Source: Candidatus Eiseniibacteriota bacterium
Lineage (GTDB): Bacteria; Eisenbacteria; RBG-16-71-46; CAIMUX01; VGJL01
Direction: 5' to 3'
Assembly (NCBI GenBank): GCA_963792585.1
Contig: CAWBWI010000003.1
Location: forward strand, 512,001 to 576,000
DNA: 64,000 bases
Position 1 is the first letter of the stretch; each line of letters opens with the position of its first letter. Position numbers and translations under genes: made by a program. Shown here piece by piece: positions 53,912-63,802 of the stretch. The notes beneath the pieces were generated by a model. It was given only the letters and a program-made list of their open reading frames with translations. It was not told where the DNA came from and searched no databases.

Positions 53912-55696
53912 CTAGTACTCCACGATGTCCGGCTTGTCCCCGAAGAACTCGATTGGGCGGAAGCGCTTCTCTCCGAACGCGGTGTAGGAGTAGGCCGCAT
54001 GATCGACCGGAAGACTCGGGTACCAGGCGAAGCGCAGTTGCACCGGCCCGATGCCAAAGGCTTCCTTGTGCAGACGGATCCCCGCCCCCAGACCACAGTA
54101 ATACTCCTGCGAGAGGATGCTCTCGCGCCCGGAGCCGATGATGTCCAGGTCCGCAAAGGTGAAAAACGCGACGGTGATCTCTCGCGGCCTCCAAGGAGTA
54201 AATGTGACGGTCTCGAGGCTGAGCTTCAGGCGTTTGTTTCCGGTCACGTCGCGGTCGTAGGCCACTCCTCGGACGCCCTCATCACCGTTGAAGTCGATGC
54301 TGTCGTCCGCAGGGCGGTGGAATCCGGTGGTGTATTCCGCGTTGATGAACTGGCGGAGTCGGTATCTTCCGGCGCGGAGGAGATTGCTGAAATAGAGGGT
54401 CCGGAGTCGAACTACTCCTTTCGCGATCGTTCCGTTTCCGGGGTTCCCGCCGATGCGCACCTCGCCGACCCCATAGCCCACTCCCTTGATCCTCCCTCCC
54501 GCCGTCAGAGCGGTGGAGGCATAAGCGCTCCGGGTGAACTCCTCGTCGGCCAGACCGTACGCGACGCGGGCCTGGTAACCATAGGGGATGTCCTCCACCC
54601 GCCCGAAGTTGTACAAGAGACGCGTCCGGTAGTACCTGTTCCGGATCAAGGCAAGACTCCCCAGAAAGTAATTCGTGTTGTGGTATTGATCAAAGGCGGT
54701 TCGCGAGACTGGGGGGCGTTTGATGAATTTGCGATGCAGAACCCGACTCGAAACGAAGAGGACTCGACTTCGATCGCCCTTCCGCTCCTTGAGCCAGGGG
54801 TGAAACGACCTTCCCGCCCAGACGTCGATCAGATCGGAGGTGTTGTCGGCCGCGGAAGAAAGCGAATCCGCGACCACGATCGAGGTCCGCCTCAGGTCCA
54901 ATCCTCCTGCGTATCCGAGGACCGAGGAGACGAGCTCGCGGGAGAGTGCGAAGGCGGTCGATCTCTCACCGGGCATCTTCACGTATCCCACCTGTCCGTC
55001 GACGAACGAGCCCCCGATGTTCTGCACGGAGTACTTCGTGTCGAATCTGGGGCTGAGCTCCGGGACAATCGTCAGCCCGCCGGAGACCTGGTGACCAAGC
55101 CCGAGAAGGTTCTGCTCGGTCAGGCTTGCCTTCAGTCCGTTTCCCTCCTTCGGGCTTACCGACAACATGAGGGTCCACGAATCCTTCACGATGACCAGGA
55201 CGTTGACGGAATCGCTCCCCGTGGGAGTCTGTCCCACGACGATCCGGGCATCCTGGATGAACGACAGCTTCCGGAGGATGCGTTCGCTGTCGGCCATCCT
55301 GAAGGGATCGACGGGATCGCCCTTCTTGAAGAGGAGGTTGCGACGGACAGTCGTCGCGCGGGTCTGGAAGTTCAGATTGTTGAGACCCCTTGCGAGGCGC
55401 GATTTCGGCGACCGGGTGGTGTCGGCGATCGACGTGCCGAATACATCGAGGTTCTTGATCCGGATGCTTCGGATGCGTTTCCCTGCGAAGGGTACGAATC
55501 TCCGCTCGCTCTGTTCCAGGGCAAGGAGGTGGTTGTTCGGTACGGGCTCGATCGAGTCCCCTTCCGCCCCCACCGCGGAAATGCTCGGGTCCGCGTGAAC
55601 GCTCTCGCAAGAAGCTGCAAGCAATAGCTGGAGTACGAGGACAATCGCCGAGCGCCGGCGCGATCCAAGCCAGCCGCGGTGGTCGTCCCGGTGCAA
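53912..55696 (-). CDS. Omp85/BamA-TamA-like protein with one POTRA-like domain
   Basis: IRSIRIKNLDVFG, TVRRNLLFKKGD, DSERILRKLSFI, NFGRVEDIPYG, GLGAGIRL; start uncertain. Confidence 0.7.
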   Translation of the reverse strand: MHRDDHRGWLGSRRRSAIVLVLQLLLAASCESVHADPSISAVGAEGDSIEPVPNNHLLALEQSERRFVPFAGKRIRSIRIKNLDVFGTSIADTTRSPKSRLARGLNNLNFQTRATTVRRNLLFKKGDPVDPFRMADSERILRKLSFIQDARIVVGQTPTGSDSVNVLVIVKDSWTLMLSVSPKEGNGLKASLTEQNLLGLGHQVSGGLTIVPELSPRFDTKYSVQNIGGSFVDGQVGYVKMPGERSTAFALSRELVSSVLGYAGGLDLRRTSIVVADSLSSAADNTSDLIDVWAGRSFHPWLKERKGDRSRVLFVSSRVLHRKFIKRPPVSRTAFDQYHNTNYFLGSLALIRNRYYRTRLLYNFGRVEDIPYGYQARVAYGLADEEFTRSAYASTALTAGGRIKGVGYGVGEVRIGGNPGNGTIAKGVVRLRTLYFSNLLRAGRYRLRQFINAEYTTGFHRPADDSIDFNGDEGVRGVAYDRDVTGNKRLKLSLETVTFTPWRPREITVAFFTFADLDIIGSGRESILSQEYYCGLGAGIRLHKEAFGIGPVQLRFAWYPSLPVDHAAYSYTAFGEKRFRPIEFFGDKPDIVEY

Positions 55697-55777
55697 CGTA
55701 TGCTCACGGGACAGGGCAGTTGCGCTGTAGCTTCTGACGATCGCCTCCTCGCCGCGGATCGAGCGCTTGTCCTGATT

Positions 55778-56083
55778 CTACCCGTCGGACCGCCCGAATG
55801 CGCGCGGCTGCGCGAGCCGCAGCTGCGCGTTGCAGGGGATCCCCACCTGATCCGAAAACCGCCGCGTCTGGATTTCCCGCGCGGCGATCACGCGGCGGCG
55901 GACGTTTGCCGACGGCTCTCCTTCCGGATCGGAGGCAAGGGTGTCGAGGGGAACGCGCGGCACCTCGATGTGGAAGTCGATCCGATCCAGGGGCGGTCCG
56001 CTCAAGCGCGACCGGTACTGCCGCAGCCCCGTCGGTGTGCAGCGGCAGGACTTCATCGAATCGCCGAGATACCCGCACGGGCA
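55778..56083 (-). pseudogene. comM: comM/yifB fragment, copy 2
   Basis: CPCGYLGDSMKSCRCT...RLSGPPLDRIDFHIEVP...VRRRVIAAREIQ..RF; lacks both termini. Confidence 0.88.
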
Positions 56084-56094
56084 CCCGTGCGGGT
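56071..56094. repeat. Perfect inverted repeat at the comM breakpoint (att-like)
   Basis: ACCCGCACGGG-CA-CCCGTGCGGGT. Confidence 0.8.
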
Positions 56095-56143
56095 TTCAAT
56101 CGGGGTAGGGGACGCAGAGAAGCGGTAGGTCACCGTAACTCGG

Positions 56144-57271
56144 GTGTCTCGTTTGTTTTCTTGTCCGATCGTGTCCACCCGAATCCCCTCTACCAGAAGT
56201 TCGACGAGCTGCCGCTGCAGAGATCGACTGACGCCGCATCCCATGCTGGCGAGCTTGACCGCGTCCGTGGGCGCGGAGGTGGCCGCCGATGTGTATGGCC
56301 GAGGTGCCCTCATCACGGACTTCGAGACCGAGATTGCCCAGCTTCTGGGTAAGGAGTCCGCCGTCTTCATGCCGAGCGGAACCATGGCCCAGCAGATCGC
56401 GCTGCGCATCTGGTCCGATCGGCGCCACAGTCCCCATGTCGCCTTCCATCCGACCAGCCACCTCGAGATCCACGAGCAGAAGGGTTACCAGCTCCTGCAT
56501 GGGTTACACGGCGTCCTGGTGGGTCCGCCGGCCGGCCTGATGAGGTTGCCCGATCTCGAGGCGGTGGCGGAACCTCTCGCGGCGCTGCTACTGGAGCTGC
56601 CCCAGCGCGAAATCGGCGGATCCTTACCCGCATGGGACGATCTGACCGCGGTGATCGAATGGGCCAGGTTGCGAGGAGTCTTCTGTCACCTGGACGGCGC
56701 CCGCCTCTGGGAATGCAAACCCTTCTATCAGCGGCCGTATTCCGAGATCGCCGGACTGTTCGACTCCGTGTACGTCTCGTTCTACAAGATTCTGGGAGGG
56801 ATCGCCGGCGCGGCCCTGGCCGGTCCGGCGGACTTCATCTCCGAGGCCCGCATCTGGCAGCGCAGACATGGCGGAAACCTCGTGCAGTTGTATCCGTACG
56901 TGCTTTCCGCTCGCATGGGCTTGCGCGAACGATTGGATCGGATGGAAGCCTACCGTGACAAGGCCGTCGAGATCGCCTCGACGTTGACGAGCGTTCCCGG
57001 GATCCGGGTGACACCCGATCCCCCGCAGACCAACATGATGCACGTCTACATGAGCGGCTCCAAGGAGAGGCTGGAGACGGCCGCGCTCGAGATCTCACGA
57101 GAGATCGGGCTGTGGTTGTTTCACCCGCTACGGGCCAGCGCCGCACCTGGTCAGTTCATGTTCGAGCTGTCCGTGGGCGATGCCGCCCTCGACTTGACCG
57201 CCTCCGAGATTGCCGAGGCATTCCGCGATCTCATGCGCCGGGCCGATGATGGATCGGATGTAACTTCGTAA
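56144..57271 (+). CDS. ltaE: Low-specificity L-threonine aldolase / beta-eliminating lyase (start uncertain, possibly 5'-damaged)
   Basis: FMPSGTMAQQIAL, LELPQREIGG, HLDGARLWE, SFYK (PLP lysine), RRHGG. Confidence 0.88.
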   Translation: MSRLFSCPIVSTRIPSTRSSTSCRCRDRLTPHPMLASLTASVGAEVAADVYGRGALITDFETEIAQLLGKESAVFMPSGTMAQQIALRIWSDRRHSPHVAFHPTSHLEIHEQKGYQLLHGLHGVLVGPPAGLMRLPDLEAVAEPLAALLLELPQREIGGSLPAWDDLTAVIEWARLRGVFCHLDGARLWECKPFYQRPYSEIAGLFDSVYVSFYKILGGIAGAALAGPADFISEARIWQRRHGGNLVQLYPYVLSARMGLRERLDRMEAYRDKAVEIASTLTSVPGIRVTPDPPQTNMMHVYMSGSKERLETAALEISREIGLWLFHPLRASAAPGQFMFELSVGDAALDLTASEIAEAFRDLMRRADDGSDVTS

Positions 57272-57289
57272 AGCGTCCCATCCGGGCCC

Positions 57290-57530
57290 CGAGTAGGAAG
57301 AGGTTGTTAACCGCTCGCTCCCAGAGGACAGTGAAAGAGAGAGTTCCCTCCCCCCACGGGGGCGGTTCGAGAGGGTTCAAGGCGGTCATCAGTTTGGACT
57401 GGTCGAAGACAGAGAGTCGCCGCCTGTGCGTTCGTCGCCACCCTCTTCGCGGCGTAACCGACTCTGAGTCAGTGCGGCACCTCCCAAGCCGTTGCCGAGA
57501 GGCGTCCGGCGCATGTCGCAAGGGGCCGAT
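57290..57530 (-). mobile_element. Possible degenerate 3' end of a group IIC intron
   Basis: Minus strand GAACCGCC...GGGAG..GGTTAACAACCTCTTCCTACTCG resembles IIC domains V/VI; the DV core is decayed. Confidence 0.35.
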
Positions 57531-57594
57531 TCGCCACTAGTTGGACTCGGCTGAGTTATGGCACACCACGCCTCCCGATCATGCGCTTGTACAC

Positions 57595-57697
57595 AGCTGA
57601 CCTCGATGCCCAGCTTCTGCAGTTCCCCGAGGATCCGCGAGGCACCCCAGTGCGGACTCGATTCCGATATCCGACCGATCAAACCGCGGACACGCAC
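57595..57697 (-). pseudogene. Integrase-core (IS3/IS481-like) transposase fragment
   Basis: VRGLIGRISESSPHWGASRILGELQKLGIEVS matches the NPxWGAPRIHGELxKLG motif. Confidence 0.7.
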
Positions 57698-57698
57698 G

Positions 57699-60516
57699 TT
57701 ACTCCAGCACCATCACCCTGGTCACACGCACGTTGGGTCCCTGCGTGAGACGTACCAGATACAACCCGGCTGCTAGGTGCCCGGCCGCGGCAAGATTCAC
57801 CGTGTGGCGGCCCGCACCAAGCGCACCTACTTCAAGCCCCAACACCCGCCGCCCGCCGACGTCCACCAGATCGAGGCGCGCGGGGGCCGCGGTCGCCAAC
57901 GTGAACACCACCCGCAGCGATCCTCCCAGGGATGGATTCGGCCTCGCCCCCTCGAGCGCGAAGACGAGGGATCCTTCACCCGGCACGCTTGACGAGCCCA
58001 CCGGGCCGAGGACCGCGTAGCCGCCCTCGTTGTAGTTCACGTCCATCGCGGACAGCTTGTAGTAGTTGCCCGCCGGCCCGGCGTCCACGTAACTGGTGTC
58101 GCTCCGGGTGGCGATCAGGTTCTCCGGCCCCGGGACAAAGTCCGCCGTGCTGCCGCGGTACAGACGGTAGTGCCAGAGGTCCCGCTCGGAGTTCGGTCCC
58201 CAGTGCAGGCGGCTCTCGCCACCTTGGTAGTCTCCGTAGAACCGGAAAGGTGGGGCCGGAGGCAAGTTATCCACGGAATAACCGGAATCGGGCGCCGAGT
58301 CGTAGAAGACGTTCGGCGAAGCCGTAGCCGCGCTCACGAAGAAGGTGGTCCGGTGGAATCCCGATGTGTTCGAGTCGGCCAGCGTCGGCGTGACCAGGTT
58401 GTAGGCGGAATCTGCACGGGCGGACAGACTGCCCACGAAGTCCCATCCATCCACCAGGATCTCCTGCGGCTGGACGCCCTCCCCCGAAGAGGACAGGCCA
58501 TGAGGTCGCTGGGGCGGAGGCATCGCGCGTAGCGGAGGGGTCCCGTCGATCCGGCGGAACACGTCGTACTTGACGATCGGAGTCCCCGAACCAGGCTGGT
58601 CGAAGGGACTGGCCAGGAAGCGCAGGCGAACCTGGCCACCCTGGTCGCCCCCGATGTCCGTGATCCCGCTGATCGTGGGGATCGCCGTGGCCACCACGCG
58701 CTGCGTCTGCGGCGCCGAGATCCTGCCGAGGAGCTTGCCGTCGCCCTTGTAGACCGCCGTGACCGTGCGGCTGCCGAGACGCGAACTGAACAACGCCAGG
58801 CCGGCCACGCCGCTGTTGACCCGTGAGGTGCCAAGCAGCGTCGTGCCGTCGAAGAACCTGACCGAGTCGGTGGGCGCGCCATAGCCGGGAGCAGGCACTG
58901 CCACGGTGGCGGTCAGTGTGATCGGCGCGCCCAGAACCACCGGGTTCGGACTCGCGGCCAGCGAAACCTTAGTCGGCACCAGAGCGAGCAGCACCGACAC
59001 CGTGCTGAGATCGAGGCCCGCCACCGCCAGATCGGGCTTCCCGTCGCCGCTCACGTCCCCGATCGCCACCGAACGGGGACCCGGCCCGGTCGCGAAGTCG
59101 GTCTTCGCACCGAACCCGCCCGCGCCATCGCCCGAGCAGCACCGATACCGTGTTGGCAGTCGGAGTTCGCCACCGCCAGGTCGGGCTTGCCGTCACCGTT
59201 CACGTCCCCGATCGCCACCGAGCGGGGACCCGCCCCGGTCGCGAAGTCGGTCTTCGCCCCGAACCCGCCCGCGCCGTCGCCCGAGCAGCACCGAGACCGT
59301 GCTGGGAGTCGGAGTTCGCCACCGCCAGGTCGGGCTTGCCGTCGCCGTTCACATCCCCGATCGCCACCGAGTGGGGATTCGTCCCGGTCGCGAAGTCGGT
59401 CTTCGCCCCGAACCCGCCCGCGCCGTTGCCGAGCAGCACCGAGACCGTGCTGGAATTGGAGTTCGCCACCGCCAGGTCGGGCTTGCCGTCGCCGTTCAGG
59501 TCCCCGATCGCCACCGAGATGGGAACCGTCCCGGTCGCGAAGTCGGTCTTCGCCCCGAAGCCGCCCGCGCCGTTGCCGAGCAGCACCGAGACCGTGCTGG
59601 GAAGTGGAGTTCGCCACCGCCAGGTCGGGCTTGCCGTCACCGTTCAGGTCCCCGATCGCCACCGAGTCGGGGGCTCGTCCCGGTCGGCGAAGTCGGTCTT
59701 CGCCCCGAACCCGCCCGTGCCGTTGCCGAGCAGCACCGACACCGTGTTGGAGTTGAAGTTCGCCACCGCCAGGTCGGGCTTGCCGTCGCCGTTCAGGTCC
59801 CCGATCGCCACCGAAGCGGGAACCGCCCCGGTCGCGAAGTCGGTCTTCGCCCCGAACCCGCCGGCGCCGGTGCCGAGCAGCACCGAGACGGTATTCGACA
59901 TTGGCGTTCGCTACCGCCAGGTCGGGCCTTGCCGTCGCCGTTCACGTCTCCGATCGCAACCGAGTCGGGACTCGTCCCGGTCGCGAAGTCGGTCCTGGCC
60001 CCGAACCCGCCCGCACCGTTGCCTAGCAGCATCGACACCGTGTTGGCATCCCGGTTCGCCACCGCCAGGTCGGGCTTGCCGTCGCCGTTCACGTCCCAGA
60101 ATCGCGACCCCTCGGGGGTTCGTCCCGGTTGGGAAATCGGTCTTGGCCCCGAACCCGCCCGTGCCGGTCCCAAGCAGCACCGACACCGTGCTGGCACTGC
60201 TGTTCGCGACCGCCAGGTCGGGGTTGCCGTCGCCGCTCACGTCCCCGATCGCGACCACCAAGGGGGCAGCCCCTGTCGCATAGTCGAGCCTTACTCCGAC
60301 GGTGAAGTTCTGCGCCGGCGACATCTCCGGCCACGCCACCATCAGCAAGCAGCCCAAGACCATAAGCGAAGCGCTGAGAGAGCCCACCCGCCACCGGTGT
60401 CTTGTCGTGGGCGTTTGCTCGGAGCCCTGACCGCCCTGGTTGGGGGCCGGCGCCGCTGCGCGGAACCCGACCCCGCAGGTGGAGACCGATCTGGGGAAAC
60501 GAGTATTGGTGTCCAT
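57699..60516 (-). CDS. FG-GAP/VCBS repeat protein with Ig-like domain and C-terminal sorting-like domain (many frameshifts)
   Basis: About nine ~147-bp units VAIGD(V/L)NGDGKPDLAVAN...VSVLLG..GGFGAKTDFATG; VRFFDGTTLLGT Ig; tail ARPNPS...DVGGRRV...AGLYLVRL. Confidence 0.85.
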
Positions 60517-60659
60517 GGCATCCTCCTATGGTCCAAAGCGGGTTCCCGACGGCGCCGGCCTCTCACCGACCTGACCGCGGTCAGGTAGCTCCACATCCGG
60601 GAAGTCATTACAAGCGGGAACAAACGAGAGATTGTATAACACACCCATGGATTCGAGAA

Positions 60660-61357
60660 GCCTATTCTCTCTGTGGTGCTTCCACGTCTGGCCGTCGATC
60701 CCTGCTCCAGCGTCCCGCTTGACTGCGAAGTACGCGGCACGCAGGCGCTCGACGTCGTAGACGTGATGGAGAAGCGCGGTGAACCGCCTCTTCTTGTCCT
60801 TTCTTGCTGCCTGTCGTATCCGCTCGAGCGCGCTCGGCGCGCCGGTCCGGCTTAGTGTCCGGGGCGCGTTGCACTCGGGCGGATTCCCCCTGGTCAGCCC
60901 CTTCCCTCCACCACCTCATCCACTGTTTTTCCCTGCATCGTTCGACGGCTTTTTCGGCTTATGGGGCTATCCGACTTCCCACCACCGTTTATCATCGGCT
61001 TGTGTCTTCTGACTTCCCGATGCGGCCCGCCACTCTCATTCCCGCAGGCGGACGTGGGATCTCCCGGTTCCTGAACGAGGTGCTTGCGTGCATGCACGGG
61101 ATCTCTGACCGCGCGGGGTTCCCCTCGTCTCGCGAAAGCGACAAGCGGAGTGCGGCCTTCCGCAAACTCTCGGAGCGTCGGCACCCCGATCTACTCTCTC
61201 TCTTTCGCGGCTCATACCCGGCCTGCACGTACCCCTGTCACCGTTTCACCTGCGCCCTTGCGGACTCCGGCGCATGACTCGGGGCCGGTGTGGCTCGCTA
61301 CTTCCTTCACCGTACGGAGCTTCCATTCGCAATACCTCGCCAGTTTTGACTTGCGCC
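60660..61357 (-). mobile_element. ltrA: Group II intron 5' remnant (ribozyme DI-DIII plus truncated RT/maturase N-terminus)
   Basis: Minus strand CACACCGGCCCCGAGTCATGCG...GACAGGGGTACGTGCAGGCCGGGTATGAGCCGCGAAA...GAACCGGGAGATCCC...GGGAAGTCGGA; ORF remnant SALERIRQAARKDKKRRFTALLHHVYD...AGIDGQTW then lost. Confidence 0.88.
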
Positions 61358-61500
61358 GAGAATCGGAAAGTTCTCGACCGTCTACTCGGGCCGCGAAGGG
61401 AAACCATGATGTTTCCCATCGGACCCCAATCGCTCTCTCTCGAAACAGAGAATCCGAACCGCGCGGCCCGACAAGCGCAGAGCCCCGCGCCAGCGGCCAC

Positions 61501-61546
61501 TTAGCGAGAAACCCCGAGGGCTCTCTTTCTCGGGGTTCTCCGCTAA
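61501..61546. terminator. Long hairpin downstream (minus strand) of the tRNA fragment
   Basis: TTAGCG-AGAA-ACCCCGAG...CTCGGGGT-TCTC-CGCTAA. Confidence 0.6.
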
Positions 61547-61579
61547 CTGGACGGTCGCGGCAAGTCCGCGACTTTCAAA

Positions 61580-61625
61580 TGGCTCCTCACTCAAGGCTCG
61601 AACCTGCGACCATTCAGTTAACAGC
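61580..61625 (-). pseudogene. 3' half of tRNA-Asn(GTT); probable att-site scar
   Basis: Minus strand GCTGTTAACTGAATGGTCGCAGGTTCGAGCCTTGAGTGAGGAGCCA: anticodon loop, T-loop and CCA present, D-arm absent, T-stem mismatched. Confidence 0.75.
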
Positions 61626-62118
61626 GAGAGTCCACCACCAGCGTGATCGCGAGGCAACACCCCCCGTTCTGGCCGCCCCGCCCCCAAGATCCCACGGCCA
61701 AATCTGGCCAGATCCCCCCCTTTGTCAAACCGCTGAGGCCGGTCGCCGAACCTTCACTCCTCGGGCCGAGTTGCTGGGAGATTGGGGCATCCGGACTTTC
61801 AGCTCCGCCCCCGAATGGACCCTCTGAATACCCAATTACAAACCGCACGGGCAGGGATTCATCGTCCCTCGAGCATGAACCGAGGCGTCAATCTCGGGAT
61901 GGCAGTTTGCCCCTCCCTGCATTCGCGAGCCTGAGGGGAAGGGGCGACTCGGGAGGCAGCGTCAGCCCGGCTTGCGGCACCGTAAAATCGCATAACTTAA
62001 TGGTGAACAGCATGTTACTGGCCAAGACTTCAAGTCACGCGATGACTACGTATATTCACTCAGTGATTGAGTATTCTGGTGACTCACCATTCCGATCCGG
62101 TTCAATCTCCTGCTGGAC

Positions 62119-63300
62119 ATGCAGATCGAGCGCCGAGTCGTCACGCGGATTCTCGACCGGTTGACCCAGGGACCCCGGCTGATCCAGGTCATGATCGGTC
62201 CCCGGCAGGTCGGAAAGACACCGCCGCCCTTGCCATCGGAAAGCGTTGGCGAGGGCCGGTTCGACTTGCCGCCGCCGATTTGCCCCTCCCTCCTGGGCCG
62301 GAGTGGGTCCAGAACCAGTGGGACCCCGCGCGCCGGGACGCAGCGGCCGGTCCCGTCCTGCTGATCCTCGACGAGGTGCAGAAAATCCGCGGGTGGAGCG
62401 ATGTGGTGAAGGCTTGCTGGGACGATGATCGTGCCGCAAACAGAGACATCCAGGTCCTACTCCTCGGCTCCTCGGCGATGCTCCTGGCTCGAGGCGCAAC
62501 CGAGAGCCTCGCCGGCCGCTTCTTCCTCCACCGCTGCCTGCACTGGTCGTGGCCGGAGTGTCGCGAGGCATTCGGCTGGGATCTCGATCAGTGGATCTTC
62601 TTCGGTGGGCATCCGGGGGCGGCTCCGCTGGTAGGTGACCAGCCCGCTTGGCAATCCTATGTGCTCGACTCCCTGATCGAGACGGTCCTGTCTCGCGATG
62701 TGGTAGCGATGCAGACAGTGGCGAAGCCGACGCTCCTGCGGCACCTCTTCAGTTTCGCCGCTTCCCATCCTGCACAGATCGTCTCGTACACCAAAATGCT
62801 CGGAGAGCTTCAGGATGCGGGAAATACCACTACGCTGGCACATTACCTCCGCTTACTGACATCGGCCTTTCTGATCACGGGGCTCGAATGCTTCTCCGCG
62901 GGAGAGGCGCGGACGCGCGGCTCGAGCCCGAAGCTCGTCGCCTGGAACAACGCGCTCGTCAGCGCATTTCGACTGCGGCCCTTCGCGGAGACACGGGCGG
63001 CCCACGATGTGTGGGGGGCGTCTGGTGGAGAACGCGGTGGGCGCGCACCTGCTGAATCACCTCCAGGGGCTTCCGTACGAAGTGACCTACTGGCGCCATC
63101 GCAACGACGAAGTCGACTTCGTGGTTCGCACACCGCGCGGCCTGTGGGCGATCGAGGTCAAGAGCGGACGTCCCGCGAAGGCCCCCGGAATGGGCGCGTT
63201 TCTTCGACTGCACCCGGATGCACGTCCGCAGTTGCTGGGCTCGGGCGGACTCCCTCTCGAAGAGTTCTTCTCCATGAATCCATCGGAACTGCTTGCCTGA
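62119..63300 (+). CDS. AAA_14 ATPase with DUF4143 domain (frameshifted)
   Basis: GPRQVGKT, LILDEVQKI..W, LLGSS, ESLAGRF, GRLVENAVG, EVDFV, AIEVKSG across frames. Confidence 0.88.
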
Positions 63301-63373
63301 CCCGCGAGGGGACCGCCGGACCCGTCCGCTTGTCATGAACTCCTGCGCGAATGTCGAGCATCCGCGGCCCCTG

Positions 63374-63802
63374 CTATTTCACGCCCTCCACCGGAAACCC
63401 CTCCCCACGCGCCGCGTCCGCGAGCCGGCGATCCAGCGTCAGGAAGGGAAGCTCGTGCGGGCGATCCCTCGCCGCCGTGAGGGCGGCGGCGAGTTGGAGG
63501 GCGTCGGCCGCACGGAGCGGATGCCGGTCCAGTAGACGAACAGCCCGCTCCCGCACCGATTCGAGGGCGAGGACCTGGGCGAAGGCAGAAAACAGGCGAT
63601 CCGCGCGCGCCCGCGCCGCATCGTGTGTCCTGGACGTGAGCGCTCGATCCCGCAGCCGTCGGGCGAGGGCCGAGCGGACCTCAAGGGGGGAGAGACCCCA
63701 GACGATCACCTGAGGATCGAGCTTCAACAGCTTTCGGGCCCATGAGGACTCTCCTTCCGAGAGAATCAGGGGCACGATCGCCGAACTGTCCCAGAACCTC
63801 AA
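63374..63802 (-). CDS. vapC: VapC PIN-domain toxin
   Basis: MRFWDSSAIVPL, EVRSALAR, LRAADALQLAAA, FLTLDRRLA.AA..EGF. Confidence 0.92.
   Translation of the reverse strand: MRFWDSSAIVPLILSEGESSWARKLLKLDPQVIVWGLSPLEVRSALARRLRDRALTSRTHDAARARADRLFSAFAQVLALESVRERAVRLLDRHPLRAADALQLAAALTAARDRPHELPFLTLDRRLADAARGEGFPVEGVK

Noticed and set aside
56110..56215. Possible transposase N-terminal scrap (HPNPLYQKFDEL) fused to the 5' end of the aldolase gene
   Set aside because: Too short to support without a search; noted only as a reason the aldolase start is uncertain.
60660..61000. Functional reverse transcriptase (retron or DGR)
   Set aside because: Only a frameshifted group II intron RT N-terminus remains; no YADD motif and no template/variable repeat pair seen.
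61501..61548. Integron attC site
   Set aside because: Core sites are in the wrong order for RYYYAAC...GTTRRRY, it is a single copy, and no intI is present.
61580..61655. Intact tRNA-Asn gene
   Set aside because: No D-arm or 5' acceptor strand; T-stem mismatched.
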